Shown: positions 11,938-23,098, numbered from the stretch's first letter. The stretch: 64,000 bases of DNA from a bacterium (GCA_023139105.1 JAGLOF010000089.1:1807-65806), one strand, 5' to 3'. Notes: generated by a model not told the origin, from the sequence alone. Numbers and translations: made by a program.

Positions 11938-13212
11938 TTATATCTTCTTAAAAAGTTCTTCCAGCTCCTGCCGCAATCCGGCTGACAGGTCTTCTTTCAA
12001 AATTGAAACTATAGAATTCTCCAATTTTTTCAATGTCTTTACCCAATTTTTTTTATAGCCTTTATCCATTAAAGAGTCGTGCCATTTATATATATTTTTA
12101 TAAATTTTATATGATTTTTTAATTGTCTTATATGAGAGTTGTTCTTTGAGAATACTCTTGGCAATTTTATTCTCAGGATAGCTTTTCCCATATTTAGTCA
12201 GAGTCTCTAAAATGCAGATTGTTTTCAAAGGAGATAATTTTATCTCCTTCTCTGCCAATTCTAACATTTGCTTCATCCAAAGTTGTACTGCCTCAGATTC
12301 ATCAGGTATATTAAACTGTGATAAGTTCTGATCAATTAAAAGAGGCCTGTCAAGAGCATTTAATCCTATTTCAAACCAATGTGCATCAGGATAAGCATGA
12401 TCCATACCGGGAACTTCTACGTAAGCGGCCCATTTTTTACCTTCTTCTCTGTATGCTTCCCATACCTTTAATGTCTGAAGCTGATTAAAATCATGACTAC
12501 CGGTTAATAGTGTATAGTGATTTGCATGCCCTTTTATATATAACCCTTCGTTATAATAAGGTAAAAATCCGGTAATATAATGGCCTTCGGAATCCAATAG
12601 CAATTCATCTTTATAGTTACACCCAATAATATAGTAACCCCCTGAGAATAATTCAGGGTATACTATAGCTAATCTACTGGCAATTCTTCCACCACCTGAA
12701 AGTCCAGCTACATATATTCGGTGGAGGTCAATATTATATACATTTTTGATATTATGCAAGGCATCCAAAGAAAGTGCCATGCGTTCGGGAATCCCTCTTT
12801 CATTACCAATATTATTGCCGCCAATCCAAATAAATTTTTGTTTGTCAAGTACTGGCAGATATGCATCCGGAGGTCCGCCTCCTTTAAATGCCGAGATCCA
12901 GATAATTAACCCATACGGTTCAGAACCATGATATTCAGCAGGAACATACGCAGAAAAACTTTCATGTTTCAGATTATAAGGCCTGGGAATTATAAATACT
13001 TCATCTTCTGCCATTTTATCCCATCCATTTCTTTCAATCATGGATGCGGCATTACTCAATGGATGTCTGTCATCTGTATCATAAGTCAGTATCATCCTTC
13101 CGGTATTTATGCTATCACCGATACTATCAGGATGTGTATTGACACTATCAAATGCAGAGCTTGATTTAAAAAATATGATTAACATTACAAAATAAATATT
13201 CTTCATTTTCAT
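11938..13212 (-). CDS. Secreted alpha/beta-hydrolase (esterase-like)
   Basis: Signal-peptide-like N-terminus; RIYVAGLSGG nucleophile elbow; GSHD and PGMDH candidate Asp and His. Confidence 0.72.
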   Translation of the reverse strand: MKMKNIYFVMLIIFFKSSSAFDSVNTHPDSIGDSINTGRMILTYDTDDRHPLSNAASMIERNGWDKMAEDEVFIIPRPYNLKHESFSAYVPAEYHGSEPYGLIIWISAFKGGGPPDAYLPVLDKQKFIWIGGNNIGNERGIPERMALSLDALHNIKNVYNIDLHRIYVAGLSGGGRIASRLAIVYPELFSGGYYIIGCNYKDELLLDSEGHYITGFLPYYNEGLYIKGHANHYTLLTGSHDFNQLQTLKVWEAYREEGKKWAAYVEVPGMDHAYPDAHWFEIGLNALDRPLLIDQNLSQFNIPDESEAVQLWMKQMLELAEKEIKLSPLKTICILETLTKYGKSYPENKIAKSILKEQLSYKTIKKSYKIYKNIYKWHDSLMDKGYKKNWVKTLKKLENSIVSILKEDLSAGLRQELEELFKKI

Positions 13213-13402
13213 CCGCCTCTGTATAATATGGAGTGTAATTCTTTAATTTGCATGCATATCTTTAACAATATTAATTTTCCTGAAAATGATATTAAAGGCT
13301 ATTATTACTCCGACGATAAAAATACCTTGCATAAATATTGAAATTTTACGGCGCAGCAGTGTCAATTCATTCTTGCAGGATTAATAATTCCACTGTATAA
13401 GT

Positions 13403-14278
13403 TTAAATTAAGCCTAGATTAGAAACTATTGCCACCAGAGTAAAAGTTACTCCGAGACTCATGGCAGGAGGATCAATATGTGTGTCACCGTGTATAAGAA
13501 AGAGACATGCAAATAGTTCACAGAGATAGGCAGCTAATACACCAACCACAACGCCCCACAACAAAGATCCCGAAGCCAGAACAGCCAATTCAGCAGATAG
13601 AATAATATGCAATGTAACAGGTATACGCGCTCCAAAATGAAAAAAGAAAAGTGTCATTGCCGAAATACCGAACAATAGTCCGGCAGCTTGTGGCATGCGC
13701 ATCACCACTCCACCGGCCAGTATAGACAGAGCAACAGCGGTGACAAGTACTTGAAGAGTATGTGATGGCCACGGCTGCCACTCTTCAGGCCGGGAGAGAC
13801 GCCAGCGAGATCCACCCTCCGGTACTTTGCCAAAGATGCCGGTCTTTCCAAAAAGGAGCCGGGCTGCAAAACCAATAAACACAATAGACAGACCTATGGT
13901 ATTTGTCCATTCGAGACCATCAAAAATTTTTATTTTTGATAAAATTAAATTAATAATGTATCCGGATAGACCAAAGAGGCCGCCAACAATGAGAATGGAT
14001 GGATTGTTTCCACCGTACAGTGATGCCAGCACATTGCGACCGGAACAGAGAAAACCACGTTTTGCAGCATATGCTGCAGCTCCAAGCCCACCGGCAAAAA
14101 CTACATGTGGCCCCAGAAAGGGCCCCCATGTGATAACTTGCTGATATGTCATGTCTCCGGTTGACATATAGATAACAGTTCCCACAAGGGCAGATAGTCC
14201 ACATAAGCCAAATCCATTAAGCCCACCCAGAGCGGCACCTAGAACGCCACCGGAAAAAGCAATGAGAAAATTCACCAT
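13403..14278 (-). CDS. Multi-pass membrane protein of unknown function
   Basis: Gly/Ala-rich hydrophobic helices; GPFLGPHVVFAGG, PVTLHI and HGDTHIDPPA motifs; 37 bp after the PKS stop. Confidence 0.8.
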   Translation of the reverse strand: MVNFLIAFSGGVLGAALGGLNGFGLCGLSALVGTVIYMSTGDMTYQQVITWGPFLGPHVVFAGGLGAAAYAAKRGFLCSGRNVLASLYGGNNPSILIVGGLFGLSGYIINLILSKIKIFDGLEWTNTIGLSIVFIGFAARLLFGKTGIFGKVPEGGSRWRLSRPEEWQPWPSHTLQVLVTAVALSILAGGVVMRMPQAAGLLFGISAMTLFFFHFGARIPVTLHIILSAELAVLASGSLLWGVVVGVLAAYLCELFACLFLIHGDTHIDPPAMSLGVTFTLVAIVSNLGLI

Positions 14279-14315
14279 AATATAATCCTGTTTACTGATT
14301 GATGATCAATATCAC

Positions 14316-17300
14316 TTAATAACTGTTATCAACTACATCTGCTAATTCTTTCACTGTCGGATTGTCCATCACATCACGAATCGAAACATTTGCATCCACT
14401 ACTTTCTTGAGACGTGAGATTAGTGTTGTAGCCAGGAGAGAGTGACCACCCAGTTCATAGAAGTTGTCATTCTGGCCAATCTCATCAATACCGAAGAGCA
14501 TGCTCCAAATCTCCGCAATCACCTTCTCTGTATCGGTTTCAGGAATCTTGAAAGCGGATGTCAAAGATGGCCGCTGATACCTGGGGCGGGCAGCATTTTC
14601 TTCCAAAATTCTCTCTTTTTCCTTTAGGATTTCACGACGAATCCATAAATCTACACGAATATCAAGATCACGAGTTGAGACTATTATCTGCGGAGCCCCT
14701 CTCCAGGCAATGATACGGCGGAATGCCTCCACACCCTCATTGGACATGATACCGTCGCGGAGTTCTTTCTCCAACCAACTGTGCAGCTCATCAGGCATCT
14801 GAGTAGTAAGTCCCATACCGACTTCGCCCCACATGTCCCAATTCACGGAAATCACAGATCCTCTTCGGCGTGAATGCCATTGAGCTGCAAATGCATCCAG
14901 GAAACAATTAGCCGCGCAGTAATCTCCCAGGCCTATACCGCCCAATACTGATGCAATAGATGAACAGAGCAGAAAAAAGTCAAGATCTCTATCCCCTAAT
15001 ATCCGGTCGAGTATGAGCGTTCCCTTAACCTTGGGAGCAAAAATCTTCTCTGCACTTTCGGGACGTTTGAGTTGGAGTATGCCTTCACCGGTCAGACCGG
15101 CTGCATGAATTACACCGTCAATAGTGCCCCACTTTAGGTCCACATCAGTGATAACGCTTCTCATATCTTCTTCAGAGCACACATCTGCGGCAAAGATCAG
15201 CACCTCTGCACCCGCTTTCTCTATATTCCTGATGGCCCTGATCTTTTTCTTTATTGCCTTATCCGTTTTCCGGCTTCGTAAAAGCCAGGACCATTTTGAC
15301 CGTTCCGGCAGAGGCGAACGGCTGACCAGTGCAAGGCGTGCATGTGAATGTTCTGCAAGATATTCAGCCAGCACAAGTCCCAGGCCGCCCAGACCACCTG
15401 TTATAAGATAGATGCCTTTATCACGAATTGACCACGATTCAGAAGGCGTCTCAAGCTTCACTGGCTCAAAACGCTGTACCCAACGATAACCATTGCGCAG
15501 GGCTGTCATGGGTTCTTCATCACTATTTAAAATTTCTGAGATCAGGACTTCTGTAATACTCTTAAAATCAGTTAAAAGAGGTAAATCTATTGCACGGCAG
15601 AATACATTAGGATACTCTTGAGGGATTACTTTAATAGCACCAAGTACAGTGGCTTTTTCTGGACGTATTACTTCTCCTCCCAGCACATCGTGGAGTCCAT
15701 CCGATATTACTGTTAAAGAAATTTCATCAGTCATATTATTCTGACTCATCACCTGGGCCAGAAAGAGTAAACTGAAAAACCCCAGATACTGGGTATCATC
15801 CAAAGAATCGTCCAGATTGATCGGAGTGGGCATATCAACTGTCCAGCAGTGAATAATACGGACGAGATTCTTTTCCAATGCCATCAAGCGTTCAAACAAG
15901 CTGTCATAGTCGCAGCGGTGTCCAGGGTGTAGAGAGTAGCCATTATCCTTCTCCTCAAAGCCTTTGCCTGGATATATAGGGATCACATCCAGGCCCCGGG
16001 ATCTCAGTGTATCTATTAATAAATCGCAAGATCCATTGGAGGGAGCAAATACCAGACAGCTCCCTTTGATCTCAGTTTTCTCTGATTGAGATTGATTGAC
16101 GTAACGGCTCCATGTGGGAACCGAAAACCATCGATCCATATCCGGCTCTTTGTGAAGCTGCTCCCACCTGGAAGGCGGCCTTACCTGAAAGGGTTGTACC
16201 GGAAAACGCTGATAATCAAATGAATATGTGGGAAGAGAAATACGTTTTCTCTTCTCGTATTGGAAGAATATATTCCAATCAATATTGATACCGCTGGACC
16301 ACAGACTACCCAGTGTATTAAGTACAAATTCAAAAGATTTGTCTGACTCATTAGCTCCGGGCAGCGATGAAAGTACAGGTATTCCTGAAAACTGTTCTCG
16401 ATGCATGCGTGTCAACGAAGCAAGGGTACGACCTGGCCCTACCTCCAAAATTACTTGAGAATCAGTTTTCAATTTTTGGACAGCTTCTGAAAAACGCACA
16501 GGCATACGCACATTATCTACCCAATAACGGGCATTAGTGATCTCTTTTGCCGTCACCAATCTACCTTTAACCGTTGAAATAATTGGTATGGCAGGTGCTT
16601 TGAAGGAGATTTTCTTGATCTCCTTTTGAAATTCTTCCAAAATAGAATCCATCATTCTGGAGTGAAAAGCATGAGATGTATGAAGATATTTAGAGCTCAC
16701 ACCCTCCAATTCTAATTTTTCCTGAAATCCGGCTACAAAATCTTCCTGACCGGAAACAACAGTGAGTGAAGGAGCATTAATAGCTGCCAGGTCGAAGCTG
16801 GTATCCATTCGTGATATCAGTTCTTCTTCAGAAAGAGTTACAGCCAACATGACACCAGTAGGCAGAGACTGCATGAGCTTGCCTCGTTGTGCTACCAGCC
16901 GTACCGCCTCTTCCATAGAAAAAACACCGGCTACACAGGCAGCCACATATTCACCAATGCTATGCCCAAGTAGCACGGCGGGCTTAATTCCCCAATGCAT
17001 CCAGAGTTTGGCCATAGCATAGGAGACTATAAAAATTGCAGGCTGAGCAAAAGTTGTCAGTTTAAGCTTTATAGCGGCAGATTCATCATGTGGGTCAGCA
17101 TTCAACAGGTTACGAATATCTTCATGGATGAGCGGCGTAAGAATATTGGCACAACGGTCTACAATATCCCGGTAAACAGGCTCATGCTCATAAAGATCTT
17201 TACCCATACCCGGGTATTGTGCTCCTTGTCCTGGAAATAGAAAGGCCGTAGTTTTGAAAAGAGCTTGATCAGCACTCTTTCTCTTTCCCGGAGAAGCAAA

Positions 17301-18818
17301 ACTTAGGGTGCCATCTCCGGATGCAATTGCCCAGGTACGATGAGAAAAACTGCGGCGTCCCACAGCAAGAGTATATGCAACATCGGCCAGGTTGACAGAT
17401 TTTTTGCACACAGCCAGACTGAGATTCTTTTCCATCCTCTCAAGAGCTGATTCGCTACGTGCCGACACAGGTAGAAGCTGGGCGGGACGACATGATTTTT
17501 CAGCTGATGCTTGTGGCACTTCCTCAACGATCATATGAGCATTCGTGCCGCCGAAACCAAAGGCACTGACTCCCGCTCTGCGGGGAGATCCGTTCGCCTG
17601 CCAGGAAATTCTCTTCTTATTTATACTGAAGGGAATGTTCTTAAGATCAATTTCAGGATTTGGTTTCTTGAAATTGAGTGTAGGAGGAATCTCTTTCTCT
17701 TTGAGCATATTAACAATCTTGATGAGTGAGGCTACTCCAGCAGCAATATTCACATGGCCAATGTTGGTTTTAACCGATCCCAGAACACAACGATGACCAT
17801 TGACATTTTGAAAAACCCTGGCAAGTGCCTTGACTTCAATAGGATCACCTATGCGTGTTGCTGTACCATGCGCTTCTACATAATCAATGCTGTCTGCGGT
17901 AACCTGAGCCGCCCGGTGCGCTGCAACTATTACGGCCTGCTGCCCATCAATACTAGGCGCAGTAAAACCTGCTTTACGTCCTCCGTCATTATTTATTGCT
18001 GATCCCTTAATAATTGCCACGACAGGATCTCTGTCATCCAGGGCTTTCTGCAGGGGTTTAAGCAGCACAACTCCTGCACCATCTCCGAAAACAGTTCCAT
18101 CAGCAGCTGCATCAAAAGTACGGCATCGTCCGTCTTTGGAGACCATGAGCCCCTCCTGATAGAGATATCCGCTTTTGTTAGGCAGAGTAATTGAAACACC
18201 GCCTGCCAGGGCCATATCGCATTCACCCTGAAGCAGACTCTGACAGGCCAGATGCACGGCAACCAGCGACGTTGAGCAGGCAGAAAGCAAGGTAAAGCTC
18301 GGGCCTCTTAAATTTAATTTATATGCTATTCTGGTTGAGACATAATCGCGGTAATTAACCAGAAAAGTGTCTACTGTTTCAGATGGATTGCCATGCCTGT
18401 GTTCTAAATGACGCAGCCATGTTTGATTCTCATTAGCTCCAAAAAAAGTACCAATGAGTCCTTGATATTCAAATGGATTATATCCTCCATCTTCCAGTGA
18501 CTCCCATGCCACATGATGCAATAGACGGATCTGGGGGTCCATCTTCTCTGCCTCACGGGGTGGATATCCAAAAAAGTCGGCATCAAAAAGAACTATGTTT
18601 TCCACAATGCCCTTGGCTTTAACATAACGTTTATCTCGAATCAGCGTAGCCGGGATTCCCTCAGAAAGCAGTTCATCGTCAGTAAAACGTGAAATAGACT
18701 GAGTGCCATTACGTATATTCTTCCAAAATTCATCAATGGACCCTGCACCTGGGAAACGTCCTGCCATACCGATTATTGCAATCTCGCCCGGGTTCCTGCT
18801 AACATGTTCGTTGGTCAT
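14316..18818 (-). CDS. Single-module type I polyketide synthase (KS-AT-KR-carrier), no thioesterase
   Basis: KS: SACSTSL, EAHGT, KTNIGH. AT: GHSIG and HAFHS. KR: GGLGGLG and DYCAAN. Carrier: LGGHSL at the C-terminus. Confidence 0.95.
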   Translation of the reverse strand: MTNEHVSRNPGEIAIIGMAGRFPGAGSIDEFWKNIRNGTQSISRFTDDELLSEGIPATLIRDKRYVKAKGIVENIVLFDADFFGYPPREAEKMDPQIRLLHHVAWESLEDGGYNPFEYQGLIGTFFGANENQTWLRHLEHRHGNPSETVDTFLVNYRDYVSTRIAYKLNLRGPSFTLLSACSTSLVAVHLACQSLLQGECDMALAGGVSITLPNKSGYLYQEGLMVSKDGRCRTFDAAADGTVFGDGAGVVLLKPLQKALDDRDPVVAIIKGSAINNDGGRKAGFTAPSIDGQQAVIVAAHRAAQVTADSIDYVEAHGTATRIGDPIEVKALARVFQNVNGHRCVLGSVKTNIGHVNIAAGVASLIKIVNMLKEKEIPPTLNFKKPNPEIDLKNIPFSINKKRISWQANGSPRRAGVSAFGFGGTNAHMIVEEVPQASAEKSCRPAQLLPVSARSESALERMEKNLSLAVCKKSVNLADVAYTLAVGRRSFSHRTWAIASGDGTLSFASPGKRKSADQALFKTTAFLFPGQGAQYPGMGKDLYEHEPVYRDIVDRCANILTPLIHEDIRNLLNADPHDESAAIKLKLTTFAQPAIFIVSYAMAKLWMHWGIKPAVLLGHSIGEYVAACVAGVFSMEEAVRLVAQRGKLMQSLPTGVMLAVTLSEEELISRMDTSFDLAAINAPSLTVVSGQEDFVAGFQEKLELEGVSSKYLHTSHAFHSRMMDSILEEFQKEIKKISFKAPAIPIISTVKGRLVTAKEITNARYWVDNVRMPVRFSEAVQKLKTDSQVILEVGPGRTLASLTRMHREQFSGIPVLSSLPGANESDKSFEFVLNTLGSLWSSGINIDWNIFFQYEKRKRISLPTYSFDYQRFPVQPFQVRPPSRWEQLHKEPDMDRWFSVPTWSRYVNQSQSEKTEIKGSCLVFAPSNGSCDLLIDTLRSRGLDVIPIYPGKGFEEKDNGYSLHPGHRCDYDSLFERLMALEKNLVRIIHCWTVDMPTPINLDDSLDDTQYLGFFSLLFLAQVMSQNNMTDEISLTVISDGLHDVLGGEVIRPEKATVLGAIKVIPQEYPNVFCRAIDLPLLTDFKSITEVLISEILNSDEEPMTALRNGYRWVQRFEPVKLETPSESWSIRDKGIYLITGGLGGLGLVLAEYLAEHSHARLALVSRSPLPERSKWSWLLRSRKTDKAIKKKIRAIRNIEKAGAEVLIFAADVCSEEDMRSVITDVDLKWGTIDGVIHAAGLTGEGILQLKRPESAEKIFAPKVKGTLILDRILGDRDLDFFLLCSSIASVLGGIGLGDYCAANCFLDAFAAQWHSRRRGSVISVNWDMWGEVGMGLTTQMPDELHSWLEKELRDGIMSNEGVEAFRRIIAWRGAPQIIVSTRDLDIRVDLWIRREILKEKERILEENAARPRYQRPSLTSAFKIPETDTEKVIAEIWSMLFGIDEIGQNDNFYELGGHSLLATTLISRLKKVVDANVSIRDVMDNPTVKELADVVDNSY

Positions 18819-18849
18819 ATCATCCTTAAAGTAATTGATTTATAAAAAT

Positions 18850-19554
18850 TTACATTTTTTTTGTTAAACAACTGCCTATGAATGTTTCTGTATCTAAAAT
18901 GATCAGATTTGAGCTTTGCTCTCCCCCTCTGAAACACAGAGCCGTCTTATAGTTCGGATCGATAGGAAAACATTTAAAATGCACTGATGAATCTATCACG
19001 CCATGAGCCAAAAATTGTATTTCATCTTCACTATTATATATCACAGAAAAATCTTTCAGCGAGTCGCCAAGGCCTTTGCCAGTCATTTTTAAATAACTCT
19101 CTTTCAAAGTCCATAAAGTATAGAAGAATGAGATCTGTCTCTCTTCAGGCAGGGCAAAAAGCCGACTGATCTCCGCATCTGAAAAAAAACGCAGTGCAAT
19201 ATCAATGTCTACCGGATCAATACGCTCTATGTCCGTTCCTACAGCTACATCGGCCAGTGCGCAGACAATCCACATACCCGAGTGGGCAATATTAAAATGT
19301 ATATCCTGTGATGTCTCTACAAAAGGTTTTCCTTCTCTACCTGTTTTAAAACGGATTAATCTAGGTGATATATCAAGTTTTTGACTGATGAGGTAACGGG
19401 CGAGCAGATCACCCAGTAAAGACCTGTGTGCATCCCATGCATTACGATAGCTCAGTATTCTCTCCATTTTAGCTGTTTCACATACAGTCAGCAAACGGGA
19501 AAAAGCATCCTCTTTAAAGAGCGGCGGACAATATAAAGCATAAAGATCTATCAT
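18850..19554 (-). CDS. Sfp-type 4'-phosphopantetheinyl transferase
   Basis: GKP, FNIAHSG, VGTDIE and WTLKESYLK motifs. Start placed at ATG 19554 because the longer TTG start runs through a terminator hairpin. Confidence 0.93.
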   Translation of the reverse strand: MIDLYALYCPPLFKEDAFSRLLTVCETAKMERILSYRNAWDAHRSLLGDLLARYLISQKLDISPRLIRFKTGREGKPFVETSQDIHFNIAHSGMWIVCALADVAVGTDIERIDPVDIDIALRFFSDAEISRLFALPEERQISFFYTLWTLKESYLKMTGKGLGDSLKDFSVIYNSEDEIQFLAHGVIDSSVHFKCFPIDPNYKTALCFRGGEQSSNLIILDTETFIGSCLTKKM

Positions 19555-19575
19555 TAAAATCCATCTTAAATAGAA

Positions 19576-19616
19576 CAACCCTCTTGTATTGGACGTTTTT
19601 AATACATAGAGGGTTG
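19576..19616 (-). terminator. Probable intrinsic terminator after the S9 peptidase
   Basis: CAACCCTCT/TGTATT...AATACA/AGAGGGTTG stem followed by TTCTATTT on the minus strand. Confidence 0.6.
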
Positions 19617-19646
19617 CCAAATTTTTTCATTTTTTAATTATAAAAT

Positions 19647-22523
19647 TTATTTCCACATGGGCAATTCGGTCTTGTCTTTCTTTTTATCAGATTTCTTCTC
19701 GGGCGTATAGGGCAGGCCTTTGTCAATCCATTCCGCAGCATCTTTGCCTTTGAGATAATGATCAAAATATTCTTTCAACCGTTTTTGAATATCTAACCTG
19801 TTGGCTTTCTTTCTTAGTCCATGTCCTTCACCTCTATAAGAAAGAAATACAACTGGTTTGTGGAGATAACGGAGGATACTGTAAAATCCGAATGAATGTT
19901 CCCATTTTACCACTTGATCCGTCGTACCGTGAAACAGCAGCAGAGGTGTATTCATATTCTGTGCCTGAAAGACCGCTGACTCAGATATAAACATCTCCGT
20001 ATCACTTACCGGATCAGTCCCAAGTCTTCCCTGGCCTATCATGTAATAGTCCTGCTCATTACTGCCATCCCGTACAATATCAATATTAAAGCCCTGCACC
20101 AGGTTACTGACACCGGCACCTGCAGCAATCGCGGCAAATCTGTTATCCTGGGTTGACATAAACATACCGCAATGGCCGCCGTAGCTAAAGCCCTCATATC
20201 CGATACATTTTTCATCAACATAGCCAAGTTCAATTACCTTCTCAATTGCAGCATCTATACATTCATGCATATCCGAATGCGGAGTTCCCACATTAAAATG
20301 AATGTCAGGACGCAGAACAAGATAACCGTCTGAAACATACATCATTTCGCATATACTCGCGCCTGAAAGGCGTGGTGTTGCATAACTGTACATACCTTGC
20401 GACATCTTCTCATATGAATAAACGAGCATTGGTAATTTCCGGCCCTTTTCATATTCATCAGGAATAGATAGAATTCCCTGCAACGGTACTCCGTCATCAT
20501 TGGTATAATCAATTAAAATGCGGTGTCCCCACTTGTAATTCTTCTGCTGGGGATTAGTATCGGTAATCTTCTTTGATTTTGAGAAACCGGTATCACTTAA
20601 ATAAGCCTCAGGATAATTTTGATAACTACCCATTTTGTATATAATGACATTAGATTTTTTCGCTTTAATCAATCCACTCCGCCATCTTGAAGCGGAATAA
20701 GAATCCGGTCCGTAGATAAGTTTACGTAATTTATAATCTTCCAAACTGAAATAACCGGCATATTTTGTCTTAATGTTAAATGCATATAAAATAATTGAGG
20801 ATGAAAGATCAATATACCTATCCTCTATTTCAGGTTTTCCAGTGAAGCTTAAATCATCAAAACGGAAACGTATTGAGTCCTTTGAAGTAATTGATTGAGT
20901 AAGATTCGTAGGTCTTGAGTTTTTATTCAGGGGCAGCAACCATAGATCAAGTTTATGATTTACTATCACTGCTTGTTGATTTTTTACCCAGCCAACAAAA
21001 CCATAAGACGGCTTATGGCCCCAATGGTCATCTTCTTTATTAATGAAAGATACATTGAGACCGGATGTAAGGTTATAGCTTTTATCATCCTTAAAATTAT
21101 AAGACCAGTAATGACCATCTTTCCACAGTATTAAGAATTCTCCATCCGGAGAGATCTCTGCTACACGGCCGCTGTACTTCTTTTCAATAAGTTTTTTCTT
21201 ACCTGTTGACAGGTCTACCTTGTACAGGTCATTTTTTCTGACATCCCAGTCTGATACATATTCCCTGTCATCCATTCCAACAGCCCATTTATCTGTCCCC
21301 TCAGAGAGCGTCAGACGCTGCATTTCCTTACTGGTCAGCCGGATTATCTTTTTTGATTTACGTAAAAATATGGCATCATAGGTTTCATTTTTCTTTCTCT
21401 TCTCTTCTAACATCTTCTGGGACAGAAGTTTTTTATCCTTCCAGTGCCAAACATTGACTGTAGGCTCTTCTTTATCTTTTTTGCCGTCTTTCAAATCCTT
21501 TTTTTCTTCAGAATCATATTTTTTAATCTTGATATGTAGCCGTTTATCATCATGGCTCCATACAATTTCATTGGAATATCGGGCAAATTTTACAGCAGGG
21601 CCCATATTCTCCGGCATTCCTTCAAAATCTTTTACCTGTAAATCAAATAACTTGGATTTATCCGAATCAACTCCTGATATAACAATAATACTCATATTCT
21701 CAAAATCAATTTTATCCTTAACTTTTTCATACTTATATGCAGCCAAAGCATTTTTATCTCTGTTCCATGAAAGATTTGAAAAAATGAAATTTCCGGTATG
21801 CAGGGCACGGGTTATCCTGTCTGCCGGATGATAGAGGTAGATACCGTTCCCTCTTTTATCTTCTGAAGATATTGTGTAGGCAATGTACTCGGAATCTTTA
21901 TCAATTAAAAACTCTCCGATATTTCCGATATAATGTTCACGTAGATTATCCAGATCGTAAATGAGAAGACTCTTTTCATCGCTGGTGATGAAATAATTGG
22001 CATCTTCAGCAAATTGAAATTCAGCATTGGATTTATACTGCCTTGTTACACCTGTTTTTAAATTTTTCAATTCAATGGTTTTTGTAGCGTCTTTCTTCTT
22101 CTCGGCATCTTTATTCTTCTCTTTATCCGAATCAGATTCTATATTATATGCAATCCAGCCTGATGCAGATGAGAATTTCGGATTCTTTCCATCCGGAATC
22201 TGATATTTCGCTCCATTTTTTGCATGACAGATATAAAGAACATCTGTTTTAAAATCTTCTCCGTATAAATCCGTAGAAGTATTACTGGAATCACTTTTTT
22301 GAGCGGTTGTATCTTTTCCTGCTTCAGGCTTTTCAGTCAAAGAATATAGAACGGTATACCACATACCATCATCAGACAGAGTAATTGAATGATGCCTCCA
22401 CTTTTTCACATCTTCTATAGTAATTGTTTTGGGGGATGATTGAGCATACAGGTAATGTGTTCCTGCAAAAATTAATGGAATTAACATAAAGGTCGATAAG
22501 AAACGGTTCTTAAAGCTTTTCAT
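19647..22523 (-). CDS. Secreted S9 (prolyl oligopeptidase) family peptidase
   Basis: Signal peptide, long propeller-like region, GFSYGG, HGTTDQVV, GEGHGL. Confidence 0.92.
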   Translation of the reverse strand: MKSFKNRFLSTFMLIPLIFAGTHYLYAQSSPKTITIEDVKKWRHHSITLSDDGMWYTVLYSLTEKPEAGKDTTAQKSDSSNTSTDLYGEDFKTDVLYICHAKNGAKYQIPDGKNPKFSSASGWIAYNIESDSDKEKNKDAEKKKDATKTIELKNLKTGVTRQYKSNAEFQFAEDANYFITSDEKSLLIYDLDNLREHYIGNIGEFLIDKDSEYIAYTISSEDKRGNGIYLYHPADRITRALHTGNFIFSNLSWNRDKNALAAYKYEKVKDKIDFENMSIIVISGVDSDKSKLFDLQVKDFEGMPENMGPAVKFARYSNEIVWSHDDKRLHIKIKKYDSEEKKDLKDGKKDKEEPTVNVWHWKDKKLLSQKMLEEKRKKNETYDAIFLRKSKKIIRLTSKEMQRLTLSEGTDKWAVGMDDREYVSDWDVRKNDLYKVDLSTGKKKLIEKKYSGRVAEISPDGEFLILWKDGHYWSYNFKDDKSYNLTSGLNVSFINKEDDHWGHKPSYGFVGWVKNQQAVIVNHKLDLWLLPLNKNSRPTNLTQSITSKDSIRFRFDDLSFTGKPEIEDRYIDLSSSIILYAFNIKTKYAGYFSLEDYKLRKLIYGPDSYSASRWRSGLIKAKKSNVIIYKMGSYQNYPEAYLSDTGFSKSKKITDTNPQQKNYKWGHRILIDYTNDDGVPLQGILSIPDEYEKGRKLPMLVYSYEKMSQGMYSYATPRLSGASICEMMYVSDGYLVLRPDIHFNVGTPHSDMHECIDAAIEKVIELGYVDEKCIGYEGFSYGGHCGMFMSTQDNRFAAIAAGAGVSNLVQGFNIDIVRDGSNEQDYYMIGQGRLGTDPVSDTEMFISESAVFQAQNMNTPLLLFHGTTDQVVKWEHSFGFYSILRYLHKPVVFLSYRGEGHGLRKKANRLDIQKRLKEYFDHYLKGKDAAEWIDKGLPYTPEKKSDKKKDKTELPMWK

Positions 22524-22546
22524 CTTCAGGGTCCTTTCAGGTTCTT

Positions 22547-23098
22547 TTATTTAAATAAATCAACACCAGGTAGAAAAGTTGCAGTAATATTATACGGTTT
22601 AATTGGACTATTTCCTAAAGAGATCTTTTTGATGAAATCAATAACTTCTTTTGTGTTCACTCCCCCGGACACGAGTTCCTGGAAATTGGCCTTGGATTCA
22701 ATTGCCTTTTTCACTTTACCTGAAATCTCCGTATCACCCAACATTATAGAGCCTACCAGATACCCATCATGGAATGTAAAACTGAAGTATGCATTTTCAT
22801 CCTTATTGGAAATTGTCATAAAACTGCCATCTTCAGCCATAAATTGGCCAATTGAGACCATATCTAATCCCAATACTTTCAAAGTATTTGAACGGGGAAT
22901 ACCGCCAAATTTAACATCTTTTCCAATTGAGTTTAAACCGGCAATAGTACCTTGAAACTGGGCCGCATGCCATGAACCATAGAGATAGCCATTATGTTCG
23001 GCAATATCGCCGGCTGCAAATATCGCTTCATGAGATGTTTGTAGTCTGTCATCAACTACAACTCCTTTATCAACAAGATGATTAGTACAAAAAATCAT
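22547..23098 (-). pseudogene. C-terminal fragment of an FAD-dependent pyridine nucleotide-disulfide oxidoreductase (NADH:rubredoxin reductase/NirB-like)
   Basis: KGVVVDDRLQTS..IFAAGDIAEH and the C-terminal domain are present. Both GxGxxG-bearing N-terminal domains are missing, with only 87 bp to the upstream gene. Confidence 0.75.

Noticed and set aside
19647..22523. S9 peptidase as part of the PKS operon
   Set aside because: A terminator-like hairpin separates it from the PPTase, and such secreted peptidases commonly stand alone
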